DNA of 64,000 nt from Malacoraja senta (taxonomy: Eukaryota), in NCBI GenBank assembly GCA_038087875.1, contig CM075988.1, positions 12,464,001 to 12,528,000 of the forward strand, read 5' to 3'. Below, in pieces: positions 1 through 13,179 of this stretch (positions within the stretch are counted from its first letter, which is position 1; every line of letters begins with the position of its first letter). Under the pieces are notes generated by a model. The model had not been told where the DNA came from. It searched no databases and saw only the letters and a program-made list of their open reading frames with translations. The position numbers and the translations under genes were made by a program.

Positions 1-286
1 TGTCTGACATTATCACTGTGAATCCCACTCCCCATCAAGGATTTCCATGAGCTTTGCAGTCCCCCTAGCCAGGAAATTAAAACAGTTTGGGGAATCTTCC
101 CAACTTTGGTGGGTTTGCATCCTCCCTCTCTAAAGCATGAAATGAATAGATGCCTCTTGATGCCACACCAAAGTGGGATCTTCACCATCAGGGACCCTCT
201 TTTTATCTACAGCCCTTCAACCAGATGGCCTCTCACAGTTAACCAACCGGTTCCAGGGTGCCACAGGTTTGACATCTTGCATTAAC

Positions 287-778
287 CTAGAGTCATAGAG
301 TGATACAGTATGGAAACAGGCACTTCGGCCCAACTTGCCCACACATGTCACGGCTACACTAGTCCCACCTGCCTGCATTTGGTCCATATCCCTCCAAACC
401 TGTCCTATTCATGTACCTGTCTAACTGTTTCTTAACCGTTGGGATAGTCACATCCTCAACTACCTCCTCTAGCAGCTTGTTCTATACAGTCACCACCCTT
501 TGTGTGAAAATGTTACCCCTCGGATTCCAATTAAATCTTTTCCCCTTCACGTTAGACCTATGTCCTCTGGTCCCTCGATTCACCTACTCTGGGCAAGCGA
601 GTCTTTACATCTACCTGATCTATTCCTCTCATGATTTTGTACACCTCTATAAGATCACCCTCATCCTCCTGCACTCCAAGGTATAGAGTCCCAGCCTACT
701 CAACCTCTCCCTCTAGCTCAGATGCTCTAGTCCTGGCAACATCTTTGTAAATCTTCTCGGTACCCTTTCCAGCTTGTC
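287..778 (-). mobile_element. CR1 LINE 3' fragment
   Basis: Highly similar to 39546-40030; tagagtcatagagtga tail. Confidence 0.88.
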
Positions 779-1084
779 AGCCTGATTTACGAGAGGTTCT
801 ATGGGGTTGTAGCCTGCATCCAAAAGCTGAAGTTTATGCCATCAAGAGTGGAAATTAGTTTTGCAAGTCAGGGACTGCCAGCAATACATCAGGCACAAAG
901 TGCTTGGTCCAGTTTCCCCAGCCATTTCTACAACTTCACCTGGAAATGATTTCAAGAATATTCTAATCTGGGATTATCAATAAACTAATCTCATGATTAT
1001 CAATAAACTACGATAATAAAAAAAATAGATGTTGTATAATCTGAGCAATGTTATAACATTAATAATGAAAAGGGCAACTAGTAA

Positions 1085-1410
1085 AATACACAAAAAATCC
1101 TGGAGTAACTCAGCGGGACAGGCAGCATGTCTGGAGAGAAGGAATGGGTGATGTTTTGGGTCGAAATCCTTCTTCAGACTGATGTCAGGTGAGTGGGAGG
1201 TATACAGTTAAGGAAGTGTATAGATAAGGAACTGTAAGGTGTGAAAACAAGACAAAGAGAAGGCAAATCAAGGAAAATGTGGAATAGATCATTGTTCGGA
1301 GACGGTAACACCAAAACAAACAGAGATAAAATGTAGTCGGAGACAGTAAGAATGGTCAGAGACTGGGAAGGGGGAGGGGATGAAGAAAGAGGAAAAGCAA
1401 GTGGTGCTGG
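1085..1410 (-). mobile_element. Penelope terminal-repeat fragment
   Basis: ctggagtaactcagcgggacaggcagca...ccttcttcagactga followed by a purine-rich tract, matching 17905-18230 and 33625-33960. Confidence 0.75.
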
Positions 1411-4400
1411 TAAATATATATGTTTTGATAAAGTATAGTTCCATGTCTCTTGTACCATATTTTGTTATTATTTTTTAATACCATAATTTAGCATTCTATT
1501 TTTGCATCATTGGCACATTTCGCATTGGCTGGAAGCATTCTTAAGGGTTTAAAAATATGTCAGGCACAACAAATTTTTATTAGAAGAAAAACGCTGGTGT
1601 TTTCTGAATACCATGTGAAAATCTCTGTGCACTATTACCACAAGAATTAATTTTGTTGCATATTCGCCTGTTGTTCACCTCAGTTTAGTTTATTGTCACG
1701 TGTACCGAGGTACAGTGAAAACCTCTTCAAGTAGGTTGCCATGGGAGCAATTCCAAGAGATGTGTTAGATCGGGCACTCATTCACCTTATATAATCATCT
1801 TCTGCTGCACCAATATTCATAAATTATTTGTGCATGTGCATCATATTGGTAGTGAACAATAATTGCTGCTCCGTAGTAATTGCTGCACCCCATTATAATC
1901 TGTGTCATGATATATGTGTTACTATTGTTAACTTGGATGCAGTGTGTACATAGGAAATTTCAGAATTACTGAGTAAATTGCCCCGGGTAAACCACCAGTT
2001 TGCTGCATTGCATGTATTTTGGTTCGTAAACTTTGCAGTTGACTGCATTGGAGAGTAATAACTCACAAGTCCAACAATGATGACAAGGTACTTTGTGTAT
2101 AAATGGGACTGTTCCCTAAAATGTGACCAGGGTAACAATGCACAAGAGAAACTATATCCAAAAATATCTGCCCCAATCAACGGAAGAAGCACATTAATGC
2201 AGTGGGGGAAAGAAAAAGATTTAAAATGCAATTTATTTATACAGGGAATAATGAAAGGATTGGAATAGAGTTGCAGCAATTAATGTCTATTCAGTCCAAA
2301 TTTCAAGTCAAAGTGGAACAAATGTCATTCAATCTACTGCGATATGCCTTATACAAATGATTTTAATTGAAACAAATTATTATCTTTTTGCAGATCATTT
2401 GCGAGGGTGTATTTGCTATGTTGTATAAATTTTTTATCACCCAATCTCCAAATGGAATTGGAAACAATTTATTTCAAAGGGTGACTAATTTGGACGGTTG
2501 GAATACTAAGGGTCATGTAAAGCTCATTTTAATTTTATCCAAGATATCAGCATGAGGAGCAACTCTTGATTTAACTCTTCATATTACAAGGTAAAGGAAT
2601 AGGATTCGTGACTTGACCACGAGAATAAAGTAGAAAATTAATTAACTGCTGCAAACAGTGCAATTCACAAGTGAAATACTTCTGGAAATTAAAACCAAAA
2701 GAGAAATTGCTGGGATTATACTACAAATTTAGCAGAAATCACAGAAAGATTCACTGTTGACATTTCAGCTTCATCACCTTTGTCTAACAAGTCGTGGACC
2801 TGAAATGTTAACAACCTCTTACCCTGAAGTTGCTGCTTGATCTGCTGAGTATTTCCCACATCTTATATTTTGTTTCTACAAAATATTTTGGGACAAGTCA
2901 TTAATGTGGGCTTGATGGGTCATATTAACATGTTTCTTTTGATGTTGGTTACAATGATGCTGGCCTGGATATTCCTTGGTTCTGAACACTGCAGTGAACA
3001 TGCACCATGCAGGGACCAGTTTGCTTTGAGGATCCTCCCATTCTCAGTAGCAATATTACATTTTGTATGAGATGCAAGGTGCCATGAGCAATGGAAAGTG
3101 TTCTCATGCAAAAATCCAACAAGAGACTTGACTTTGTTAACTTTGCCATGGAAAGAAATTGTATTGTAAACCGGGGGCAATTAAGGGAGATGAATGAAGG
3201 ACAAAGATTATTAGGTGAGATTGGTTTCGGTCTTTGAATGATCAGATCCTCGAGTTACAGATACACAATTAGAAAGTGGTGGAGTTTTTTGGAGATGAAT
3301 TGTGACTGGGATCCAGCTGTCAAGTAAGGCGGCTATGCAATTAATATTGACATTGGCAGTAAAGAGGCAAACAAGAGGAACTGTTCATAAAGAGGCACCT
3401 TCTAGAGCGAAGGTCAGTGCTTTGGAGTTAAAGACCAATGAGTAAGCAAATGAAGTTCCAACCCTCTGATTCATGCCTGCTTCTGTGTAAGTGTTACTCC
3501 TCACATATTTAAACACACTTCACACAATTCATGTTAAACTGTGAATTGCAGACTGTTTGATATCACCGTGCATTACTGGTCGTCCCTCCTTCCATGACCA
3601 TCAACTAACAGGCTCTTGAATCACGCTGTGCAATCGTCACCACAACCCCTACCACACACTTTGTATAAGATTGCATTCTGTACTCTGGCTTGCACTATTA
3701 TGGTCTGGTTACTTAGTGCAATATATATATACAATATATATAACATCAGCTTCAGAAAATATTCCTTTGTTCTGTGTTATATTGATTCAATCATATTCCA
3801 CTTAACTGCCATGATACATCTCAAACAATATATTTTCCTCCCACCACTCTGTCATCTACATGCAGCTTCTCTGTGACATCATCCATGGAGAGTGCCAGAC
3901 ACTCGCTGTTGATACCCACCTTCTACCTTATTCTTCACTGTCACGCTGTGCTGTCCGACTGTCTGTTGCTATATCACAGTTGAAACAGAGTTTCCTCCAA
4001 ATCATTGTCAGCCAGACTGACGCTGTCATCTTCCACGCTGGCAGATATCGTCTTTGGCATCAGCTCCAGCTCAGCCTACTTGCTAAAAGAAGCTGCAAAT
4101 TGAGAATCGCTGACAATTGATGGAGAATATCTCATCCCCGCACTAGTTATTGCCCTTTGCAATAATGTTAAGTGTTCTGCGAAACAGCAATTTAAAACTG
4201 TTTAGGATGGGATTGAGCATTGTACTGATGTTTCCAACCTTTAATCATTGACCCTATCTCCATCAGCATGCTGCCCCATATATAACTCTTATTGTAATAC
4301 GAGAGATGAAGGAAGCAGTCAGGTATGTATCACTTTTGATACTTATCACAATTTGTACAACGCTACAAATTTAAGTGCCTAGATATTACAGATTGAACAT

Positions 4401-4753
4401 TTTATGACCTATAAACCTTGTCAACTCATTAGAATATTTATTTGGAAAGGATTCTAGTGCTGACGAGAATTAATGCTGCTTTAACTCTATTCCCTATTTC
4501 TATTTAAATTAATTTATTTTGTGTTATTATTTTTATGTGAAGTGTGTCAAATTCCTGAGAATCATGAAACTGGCAGTAAGCAACACGCACTGCAGATCAA
4601 ATGATTGCATAAATCTTTGAGAGGAATCAGCAGTCCAAACAGCAGCACCAATTTCTGCATAAGAATAATATTCAAGGTGACATGAGTAGATAACAAAATG
4701 CAGTCATGATGACATTTTTTTTTGCAGTAAGGCAGGACAAACAAGCATAGATT

Positions 4754-5035
4754 GGAGAATGTCCATAGCGGGTTCGTAGATGTCTCGTCGCGGCTCGTAC
4801 GAGTAAAAGGCAACCATTTTTTTCATCACGAGTATTTTTTTACTCGTGGACATTTTTCACAGTGTTGAAAAAACGTCACAAGTTTACCGGATTTCCCGAG
4901 TACCTACCGTTACTCGTACGAGCCTCTACGAGACATCCACAAACTCCTACGGACCCGCTACGGACATTCTCCGAGTTCGAATCAGGGGAAAACTCGGGAG
5001 AACTCTTGAATTACCTCGTTCAGTTTGACAGGCCC
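4754..5035. mobile_element. Harbinger-like MITE with one TIR lost
   Basis: Right end tgacaggccc followed by ttaa. Long internal imperfect palindrome (ggagaatgtccatagcggg...cccgctacggacattctcc). CpG-rich. Confidence 0.7.
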
Positions 5036-5490
5036 TTAAGAAATCCATTGTACCCACACTGGCACCAGAGTAAGTTCTACCCAGTTCCTTTTTTATAGCC
5101 GTACACATTTTTGTAGATATATTTATTCAATTCCCTCCTGAACACTGCAGGGAACCCGGAATCCACAATATCTGCAGGCAGTGCATTCCTTATTCTAACC
5201 ACACAATGCTTCCTTTAGTGTCTCTTATACTTCCCTTACCTTTTATTTTACATAGTAAATTCCAGTCTTCAATCGCTTCACCAGAAGGAACAGCCAGCTG
5301 CTCACTATCCAGTGTCTTCATTTTTGTTTAATCTTCCTTCAGTCATCTCTCCGATACAGAAAACAATCCCAACCTCTCTTATCTATCTATGAAATTTTTG
5401 CTCCGCATCCTTGGATTAATTCTCATAAATCCTTCCTGGAGTTTCTCAAATGACTACGAATTTTCTCTACAAAGTGGCAATCAAAATTGT

Positions 5491-5796
5491 ATGGTAGCAT
5501 GGTGGTGCAGTGGTAGAGTTGCTGCCTTACAGCACCAGAGTCCCGGGTTCGATCCTGACTACGGGTGCTTTTGTAGGGAGTTTGTACGTTTGACCTGCGT
5601 GGGTTTTCTCTGGGCATCCCACACTTGAAAGACATACAGATTTGTCGGTTAATTGGCTTGGTAAAATTATAAACTGTCCCTAGTGTGTAGGATAGTGCTG
5701 GTGTGCAGGGTTCGCTGGTCTGCACGAACTGGGTGGGCCGAAGGGCCTGTTTCATCATGTATCGCTAAACTAAACTAAACCAAACTAAACTAAACT
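5491..5796 (+). mobile_element. tRNA-derived SINE (HE1/V-SINE-like) with CR1-derived 3' end
   Basis: A box TGGTGCAGTGG at 5503-5513 and B box GGTTCGATCC at 5546-5555. The 3' segment gggccgaagggcctgtttc is shared with local CR1 3' UTRs. Tail is (CTAAA)n. Confidence 0.88.
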
Positions 5797-5889
5797 GGAG
5801 CAAACAATCTGAGCAGGACCAATGTTTTGTAACCATTTAGCTCACTTTTCCTGTTGTCGTGACTTGTCATAAAGATGATAATTTACAGT

Positions 5890-6140
5890 GCCGGTCTGAG
5901 GCTGGGTATCCTGTGCTCAGTGACTCACCTTCTGCCATTCAAAAGCCTTTCTATATTTAAAGATTCACCAGCGGAGCATCATGGAATACTCTCAACTTGC
6001 CTTGATGGCCACAGTTCCAACAAGTCTCAAGAAGTTGGTCACCACCCAGGACAAAGCAGTCCGTTTGATTGGCATCACATCTTGCACCAAAATATTCATT
6101 AACTTCCATCAACAGTCCACTATGCTACAGGATACACCAT
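5890..6140 (+). mobile_element. Old LINE (L2/CR1-group) RT C-terminal fragment, probably continuing at ~7730-7980
   Basis: Reads MEYSQLALMATVPTSLKKLVTTQDKAVRLIG, which resembles the post-RT region of CR1/L2-group LINEs. Confidence 0.5.
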
Positions 6141-6316
6141 AGAAATATAGAAAATAGGTTCAGGAGTAGGCCATTCAGCCCTTCGAGCCAGCACCGCCAT
6201 TCTATATCATCATGGCAGATCATCCAAAATCAGTATGTTTAAGAAGGAACTGCAGATGCTGGAAAAGTGAAGGTAGACAAAAATGCTGGAGCATCTATGG
6301 AGCGAAGGAAATAGGC

Positions 6317-6344
6317 AACGTTTCGGGCCAAAACCCTTCTTCAG
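6317..6344 (-). ncRNA. Minimal hammerhead ribozyme-like core in Penelope terminal repeat
   Basis: Minus strand: CUGAAGA-A-GGGUUUUGGCCC-GAAACGUU. This gives the CUGANGA and GAAA boxes, a GC-rich stem II and a palindromic ACGU helix III. Sister copy on the + strand at 7545-7572. Confidence 0.65.
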
Positions 6345-6671
6345 ACTGATGTGAGGGGGGCAGGAAGAAGAAAGGAAGAGGAGGAGCCAGAGGTCCAGAG
6401 GGAGAGCTGAGAAGGGGAGGAGACAGTAAGGACTACCTGAAATTAGAGAAGTCAATGTTCATACCACAGGGGGACAAACTGCCCAAGCAAAATATGAGGT
6501 GCTGCTCCTCCAATTTCCTGTGGTCCTCACTCCTGGTCCTCACTCATCCACTATAAACCCACGGACTCCCATGGCTATCTGAACTACACTTCTTCCCACC
6601 CTGCTTCCTGTAAGGACTCCATCCCCTACTCCCGATTCCTCCGTCTATGCCGCATCTGCTCCCAGGATGAG

Positions 6672-7436
6672 GTGTTCCACACCAGGGCATCGGAGATGTC
6701 CTCATTCTTCAGGGAACGGGGGTTCCCCTCCCCCACTATAGATGAGGCTCTCACCAGGGTCTCTTCCATACCCCGTAACACTGCTCTCTCTCCCGATCCC
6801 CCCACTCGCAACAAGGGCCGAGTCCACCTAGTCCTCACCTTCCACCCTACCAGCCGTCACGTACAACAAATAATCCTCTGTCATTTTCGTCACCTCCAAC
6901 GTGACCCCACCACTTGCCACATCTTCCCATCTCCTCCCCTGTCTGCTTTCTGCAGAGACCGCTCTCTCCGTAACTCCCTGGTCCATTCGTCCCTTTCCAT
7001 CCATACCACCCCCTCCCCGGGCACTTTCCCTTGCAACCACAAGGAATGTTACACTTGTCGCTTTACCTCCCCCCTTGACTCCATTCAAGGACCCAAACAG
7101 TCTTTCCAGGTGCGACAGAGGTTCACCTGCACCTCCTCCAACCTCATCTATTGCATCCACTGCTCTAGATGGCAGCTGATCTACATCGGTGAGACCAAGC
7201 GTAGGCTTGACAATCGCTTCGCCGAACACCTCCGCTCGGTTCGCAATAACCAACCTGAACTCCCGGTGGCTCAGCGCTTCAACTCGCCCTCCCATTCCGA
7301 ATCCGACCTTTCTGTCCTGGGCCTCCTCCGTGGCCAGAGTGAGGGCCACAGGAAATTGGATGAGGAGCACCTCCTATTTCGCTTGGGCAGTTTGTACCCC
7401 TGCGGTATGAACATTGACTTCTCTAATTTCAGATAG
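6672..7436 (+). pseudogene. C-terminal part of Penelope polyprotein: RT C-terminus, Cys-rich linker and GIY-YIG endonuclease
   Basis: ORF contains LVLTFHP, the linker PCNHKECYTC, and NLIYCIHCSRWQLIYIGETKRRLDNRFAEH (GIY-YIG), and ends in GMN. The RT catalytic core is absent. Confidence 0.9.
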
Positions 7437-7544
7437 TCTTAACTGTCTCCTCCCCTTCTCAGCTCTCCCTCTAGCCCTCTGGCTCCTCCTCTTCCTTTCT
7501 TCTTCCTGCCCCTCCCCCCCCCTCTCCCCCCACCTCACATCAGT

Positions 7545-7572
7545 CTGAAGAAGGGTTTCGGCCCGAAACATT
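7545..7572 (+). ncRNA. Minimal hammerhead ribozyme-like core in Penelope 3' terminal repeat
   Basis: CTGAAGA-A-GGGT-TTCG-GCCC-GAAACATT. Stem II is capped by UUCG; helix III has a G>A change relative to the 6317-6344 copy. Confidence 0.55.
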
Positions 7573-8003
7573 GCGTATTTCCTTCGCTCCATAGATGCTG
7601 CTTCACCCGCTGAGTTTCTCCAGCATATTTGTCTACATCCAAAATCAGTACCCCATTCCTGCTTTTTCCCCATTTCCGTTTATTCCTTTAACATAAAGAG
7701 CTTAATCTAACTCTGTCTTGAAACCATTTGTGTAATGCACTGCTGTTACTTATCCAGGCAATTCCTGCAGAACTACAAACTCCACCAGCAGGTGAGCATG
7801 GATATCAGGTACATGCAGGTTCTCTACATAATTAACACCATTCCAAGTTGGAAATCTTTCCATTTCTTCATCAGTGCATCTAAATTGGGTCCTCTCTCCC
7901 GAAGAGTAGTGTGGGAGCACTGTATCAGAGGTTGGCAGTGGTCACCATCACCTGCTCAAGGACAACTGGGGTTGGACCCAGGTCTACATGCCTTTACACT
8001 TTT

Positions 8004-8360
8004 GTGATATAGTGCAGAAACAGGTCCTTCAGCACACTGAGACCGCACCGACCAGCTATCACCCTATACACTAACACTATCCTGCATGCCAGGGACAATT
8101 TTACAACTTACTGAAGCCAATTAATCCATAACACAAACCTTCCTTTTCATTATCGAAGGCTGACTGATTGCTCAGATCTGATTGCCTACAAACCTGTACC
8201 TCTTTGGTGTGTGGGAGGAAACCAGAGCGCCTGGAGAAAATCCACACGATCATGGCGAGAACATTCAAACATCATAAAGACAGCACCCGTAGTCAGGATT
8301 GGATCCAGGTATCTGGCGCTGTAAGGCAGCAACTCTACCGCTGCGCCACCATGCCGCCCA
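8004..8360 (-). mobile_element. tRNA-derived SINE with a ~55-bp internal insertion
   Basis: Reverse complement of the 5491 family (ggcagcaactctaccgctgcgccaccatgccgccc at its 5' end). Confidence 0.85.
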
Positions 8361-9184
8361 TGAATTGACACTGAGATTGGTGCATGAAGTCATGAATAGT
8401 ATTGCTTTATCATTAAGCACATATTCCTGTGCTAAAACAGGATGTTAGCTGTTCCTGTCAGGCACTTATGTCGGCCGTGATGTTATTGCCTTGCTGTGTG
8501 CTGGGAAGCAAATCACTGCCACTTGTAACCCGAGTATAGTGACAGAAAGCTGTTTCCATGGAGATGAGGGAAGATGTGTCTTTGTCCATTGTGGGGGATT
8601 GCCCAACCCCCTGCCTCCATTGTAGTACCTTAATCAGCTTCTGTGGTGCAATCGGCAGTGGTAGACTGATCAACAGGCCAGTGATCAGTGCTTGCTGGTG
8701 ACAGGTAATTGTTCCAAATAGTCTGCAATCAGTGAAAGTAGCTACATGGTGCTGGCCATTGACAAGTGAGGCTGGGAGATGCTGTGTCTGGACCATTAAT
8801 GTAACAGTGTAGATCCCGGTTTGACATCCCATTCCAAAACCCTGTACAATGTGCCCCTATTTAATTGAATGAACAGTGAAGGTTTGAGCTTCCCCTCACA
8901 AGGTCTGATTTCTGCAGAGTGTAGGAGCCCTGCACTGTGAGACTTGTGAATTGAATGAACGATATCACCTCTTCTCAGGCGGATTATGGCCAGAAATCTC
9001 CGATCCTGTTTTCTGAAAACCACTAGTCGTTGAGAAAGGATCACTTTGGTAATCTAATTACAGTCAAAACAATTTCATTACAAAATTAACACACAAAAAC
9101 ATTAACTAATGCACATATAGTTTCTTAAAATATGGCATTAAATCTTTTTATTTTCATCTTCTTGTAGGTTGGTAAAAATAACAT

Positions 9185-10706
9185 ATAACCATATAACCAT
9201 ATAACCATATAACCATAATAGCACGGAAACAGGCCATCTCGGCCCTTCAAGTCCGTGCCGAACATTTAATTTTTTTTTTATTTTTTTTTTATTAAAAATA
9301 AATACTTCCCCCTAGTCCCATCTACCTGCACTCAGACCATAACCCTCCATTCCTTTCCCGTCCATATACCCATCCAATCTATTTTTAAAGGATAACATCG
9401 AACCTGCCTCCACCACTTCCACTGGAAGCTCATTCCACACAGCTACCACTCTCTGAGTAAAGAAGTTCCCCCTAATGTTCCCCCTAAACTTCTGTCCCTT
9501 AATTCTCAAGTCATGTCCCCTTGTTTGAATCTTCCCTACTCTCAATGGGAAAAGCTTATCCACGTCCACTCTGTCTAACCCGCTCATAATTTTAAAGACC
9601 TCTATCAAGTCCCCTCTTAACCTTCTGCGCTCCAAAGAATAAAGACCTAACTTGTTCAACCTTTCTCTGTAACTTAGTTGCTGAAACCCAGGCAACATTC
9701 TAGTAAATCTCCTCTGTACTCTCTCTATTTTGTTGACATCCTTCCTATAATTAGGCGACCAAAATTGTACTCCATACTCCAGAATTGGCCTCACCAATGC
9801 CTTGTACAATTTTAACATTACATCCCAACTTCTATATTCAATGCTCTGATTTATAAAGGCCAGCACACCAAAAGCTTTCTTTACCACCCTATCTACATGA
9901 GATTCCACCTTCAGGGAACTATGCACAGTTATTCCTAGATCCCTCTGTTCAACTGCATTCCTCAATTCGCTACCATTTACCATGTACGTCCTATTTTGAT
10001 TTGTCCTGCCTAGATGCAGCACCTCACATTTGTCAGCATTAAACTCCATCTGCCATCTTTCAGCCCACTCTTCCAAATGGCCTAAATCTCTCTGTAGACT
10101 TTGAAAATCTACTTCATTATCCACAACACCACCTATCTTAGTATCATCTGCATACTTACTAATCCAATTTTCCACACCTTCATCCAGATCATTGATGTAC
10201 ATGACAAACAACAGTGGACCCAACACAGATCCCTGAGGCACCCCACTAGTCACCGGCCTCCAACCTGACAAACAGCCATCCACCATTACTCTCTGGCATC
10301 TCCCATTCAGCCACTGTTGAATCCATCTTGCTACTCCACCATTAATACCCAACAATTGAATCTTCTTAACCAACCTTCCATGAGGAACCTTGTCAAAGGC
10401 CTTACTGAAGTCCATATAGACAACATCCACTGCTTTACCCTCATCATTTTCCCTAGTAACCTCTTCGAAAAATTCAAGAAGATTAGTCAAGCATGACCTT
10501 CCAGGCACAAATCCAGGCACTGACTGTTCCTAATCAGACCCTGCTTATCCAGATGCTTATATATATTATCTTTAAGTATCCTTTCCATTAATTTGCCCAC
10601 CACTGACGTCAAACTAACAGGTCTATAATTGCTAGGTTTACTCTTCGAACCCTTTTTAAACAACGGAACAACATGCACAGTACGCCAATCCTCCGGCACT
10701 ATTCCC
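9185..10706 (-). mobile_element. Young 5'-truncated CR1-clade LINE (RT domain and 3' UTR)
   Basis: ORFs 10487-10699 and 9312-10520 carry NYRPVSLTS, DFSKAFDKV, GVPQGSVLGPLLF, YADD and the CR1 C-terminus FFTQRVV..WNELP. The 3' tail is an 8-bp tandem repeat (ATATAACC)x4 on the + strand. Possible TSD taacat at 9179-9184 and 10707-10712. Confidence 0.95.
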
Positions 10707-11848
10707 TAACATGCCCTAGAACAAAAAGGAACTTGGAGGATGTAAAAAATGGGTCAAACTAAATAAGAATGACCCAAATATCTTTCCATCCTATTTATCC
10801 TTTCCCATTATTGAATCGATAAAAGCATCATGTCGTGATGCAAAATAACACATAGCCAATTCCAATTTGATAGCCAATTGCATTACATGTTAAACATTCC
10901 TCAGCCTTTAGCCATCAATGTTAGCCTCTACCACACATACAGTACTACCTGCTTTTAATGTTGTCACACTACCTCTCTACTGTTGCTAACTACTTGTATC
11001 AAAGCAACCTTGCTTACCTAGTAACCCCATCTTCAATGATTACTCATTCTCAAGTTCGGAATTTCCATTTCAAGTATGCAAACCACTCTGTAGCTCATCC
11101 TGCAACCTCTTTACCAGATGAACCAGCAACCTCTTGCTAAATGTTCCAGCAGATTTGATGAGCACCACTTTCAGCAGCCACGCTGTGATTGAAAGCACAA
11201 CTCCACCACTTCATCAAACCACTCTCCGAATAGTGGTAAAGGCAGAAACTCTCATCACGAATTGAATATGGACTTGAAGAACATTGATCTGGAGGACTAT
11301 CACCCTCCTGCTGAAACGTGGGATTGGATGTGTGGCTAATTTTTGGCCAGCACAAACACTGTGGGACTGAAGGAATCATTCTGTGTTGGGGGGTTTTCAT
11401 GTATAAATTTAAGTATATTAAATATACTCTATCAATCTCCTCTCTTTATGTATAACTTTCCATGTCCAAATTCATGGATGCCGATTTCATTGTCCCTCCT
11501 TACATTCTCTGACTTTGTCTAATTATACGGTGAAGTGTTTTGAAAGACCTGTCATCATTGTTACCATTACTTTCCTTTTTTTTGTTAGCTAGAGATTTGG
11601 ATCACCATGTTTAAATCTCAAAATCAATCCAAGAAATATACACAAGTAGAGGAAGCATTAACATTCTAATCGATGCTGACTGGCCTGCTGAGTATTTCCT
11701 GCAATTTATTTTTATTTTTTAGTTATTTGACATGGGATAATTTAGTGCTGATTAAAAAGTACTGACTATCATTTTATCTCAGATAAGTTCAGAATAATGT
11801 TGGTAGCACTGATAGAAAACAATACAATTTATCACAAAACTACATCGT

Positions 11849-12080
11849 ACTGGAATAACTCAGTGGGTCAGGGAGAATCTCTTGAGAATATAGATAGGTG
11901 ACATTTCAGGTCAGGACCCTTCTTGAGACTGATTGCCCTTTCAATCGACACCAACTCAATCAGTCTTAAAGGGTTCTGACCTGAAACGTCACCACTCCAT
12001 GTTCTCCAGAGATGCTGTCTGACCCAATGAGTTACTCAAGCATTTTTTGTAAAGCACCATCTGCAGTTTCTTGTCTCTAC
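11849..12080. mobile_element. Fold-back Penelope terminal-repeat derivative
   Basis: Two inverted arms (gtgacatttcaggtcaggaccctt...gactgattg / caatcagtc...gggttctgacctgaaacgtcac) around a ~21-bp spacer. Confidence 0.75.
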
Positions 12081-13179
12081 AAGATACTATACTTTCCCAT
12101 TAATAACATTATCTTCAAAAGCATGTTCTTTATCACATTAGTATTGTATCTATAAGAACAATTAATTACAAACTGAATAATTACAAAATAGTGATTCCAC
12201 CCTGCAGCAGTTTTGTTGCTCCTGGTAGTGTTTACCCATTTGAGTATATAAGCACAAGGAGAGTTTTTAAATTATATATCTTATCATTTTAAAACAGTTT
12301 CATCAATTTATTCATGTTTTGTTTTTTTAAATAATGTATCTTCATTGGATGCCCCAGTTCTCAATGTCAATTCTCTAATATTTCATCCTCAAGGCGATTC
12401 AGGAGCATTATTGTATTATATTCAATTAAAGATTTTCTGTTAGAAAATATCCCCATGACAATTCCGACAAATTGGCCAAAAATAGTGAACTTTCAATAAT
12501 CATAATTTCATAGAACATTTGCAGACTTGAATGATGCAAAAACTTTGGAATGATTTAGATATCAAAAAAAAGGGAATAAAAATGAAATGCTGCATTATTA
12601 ATTTGGGAGTATTTTGAAGTTGCTGGTGATAATGCCTTTGCCAATTGTGCTAGGAGTTGGGTTTCATGTAAAACGTGAATGATCAGATGAGAAAAGGGAT
12701 ATGAATTCCAGCTGCTGTCAGTGGATACACTTGTCACAGTTAAATGTTCATTTCCAGATGACAGTTCACACTTAGTTGTTTGTAAATACGGCCTCATCAG
12801 TTGCGCTAAAAGGGTTATTTAAGAGCATATCGTGTTTCTGAAAATGAGCCCACTGACCTCCATCATTGATCAGGAATGAATCTCGAGGCAGGAGTGTTAA
12901 CCACAGTGGGAACATGAAAATGTAGATTTGGTTTTGGTAAACATTGAAATAATTGGACAAAGGTTTAAATTGTTTATATTAAGAATTACATGTATCAAAA
13001 AAGTGAGATAAGCTTGGAAACATTGGTTTGGTTTGAGTTTGGTTTCAAAGGGGAATTGGAACAAGATTGACCCATAATACTTACAGCAGTTAGTAGAGAT
13101 ATAGCGATAACAATTGGAGTTACACAATGTCTGTTATCTGCAAAGCCAACGTGAATATTTTTTTTTCCTTCCGTATTGC

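Larger units (their letters stand above)
6236..7635 (+). mobile_element. Penelope-like retroelement (Neptune-type), 5'-truncated, with an inverted terminal repeat at its 5' end
   Basis: 15-bp TSD catccaaaatcagta at 6221-6235 and 7636-7650. Bases 6236-~6540 are the reverse complement of the element's 3' end. Contains ORF 6672-7436. Inserted inside a CR1 3' fragment. Confidence 0.92.

Noticed and set aside
963..1010. Tandem duplication of gattatcaataaacta
   Set aside because: Two-copy local slippage with no further structure.
5491..5570. tRNA-like sequences with A and B boxes
   Set aside because: These are SINE heads that continue into the SINE body and CR1-like tail; they do not form a full cloverleaf with acceptor stem.
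6828..7370. 180-aa minus-strand ORF
   Set aside because: Antisense shadow of the Penelope GIY-YIG ORF.
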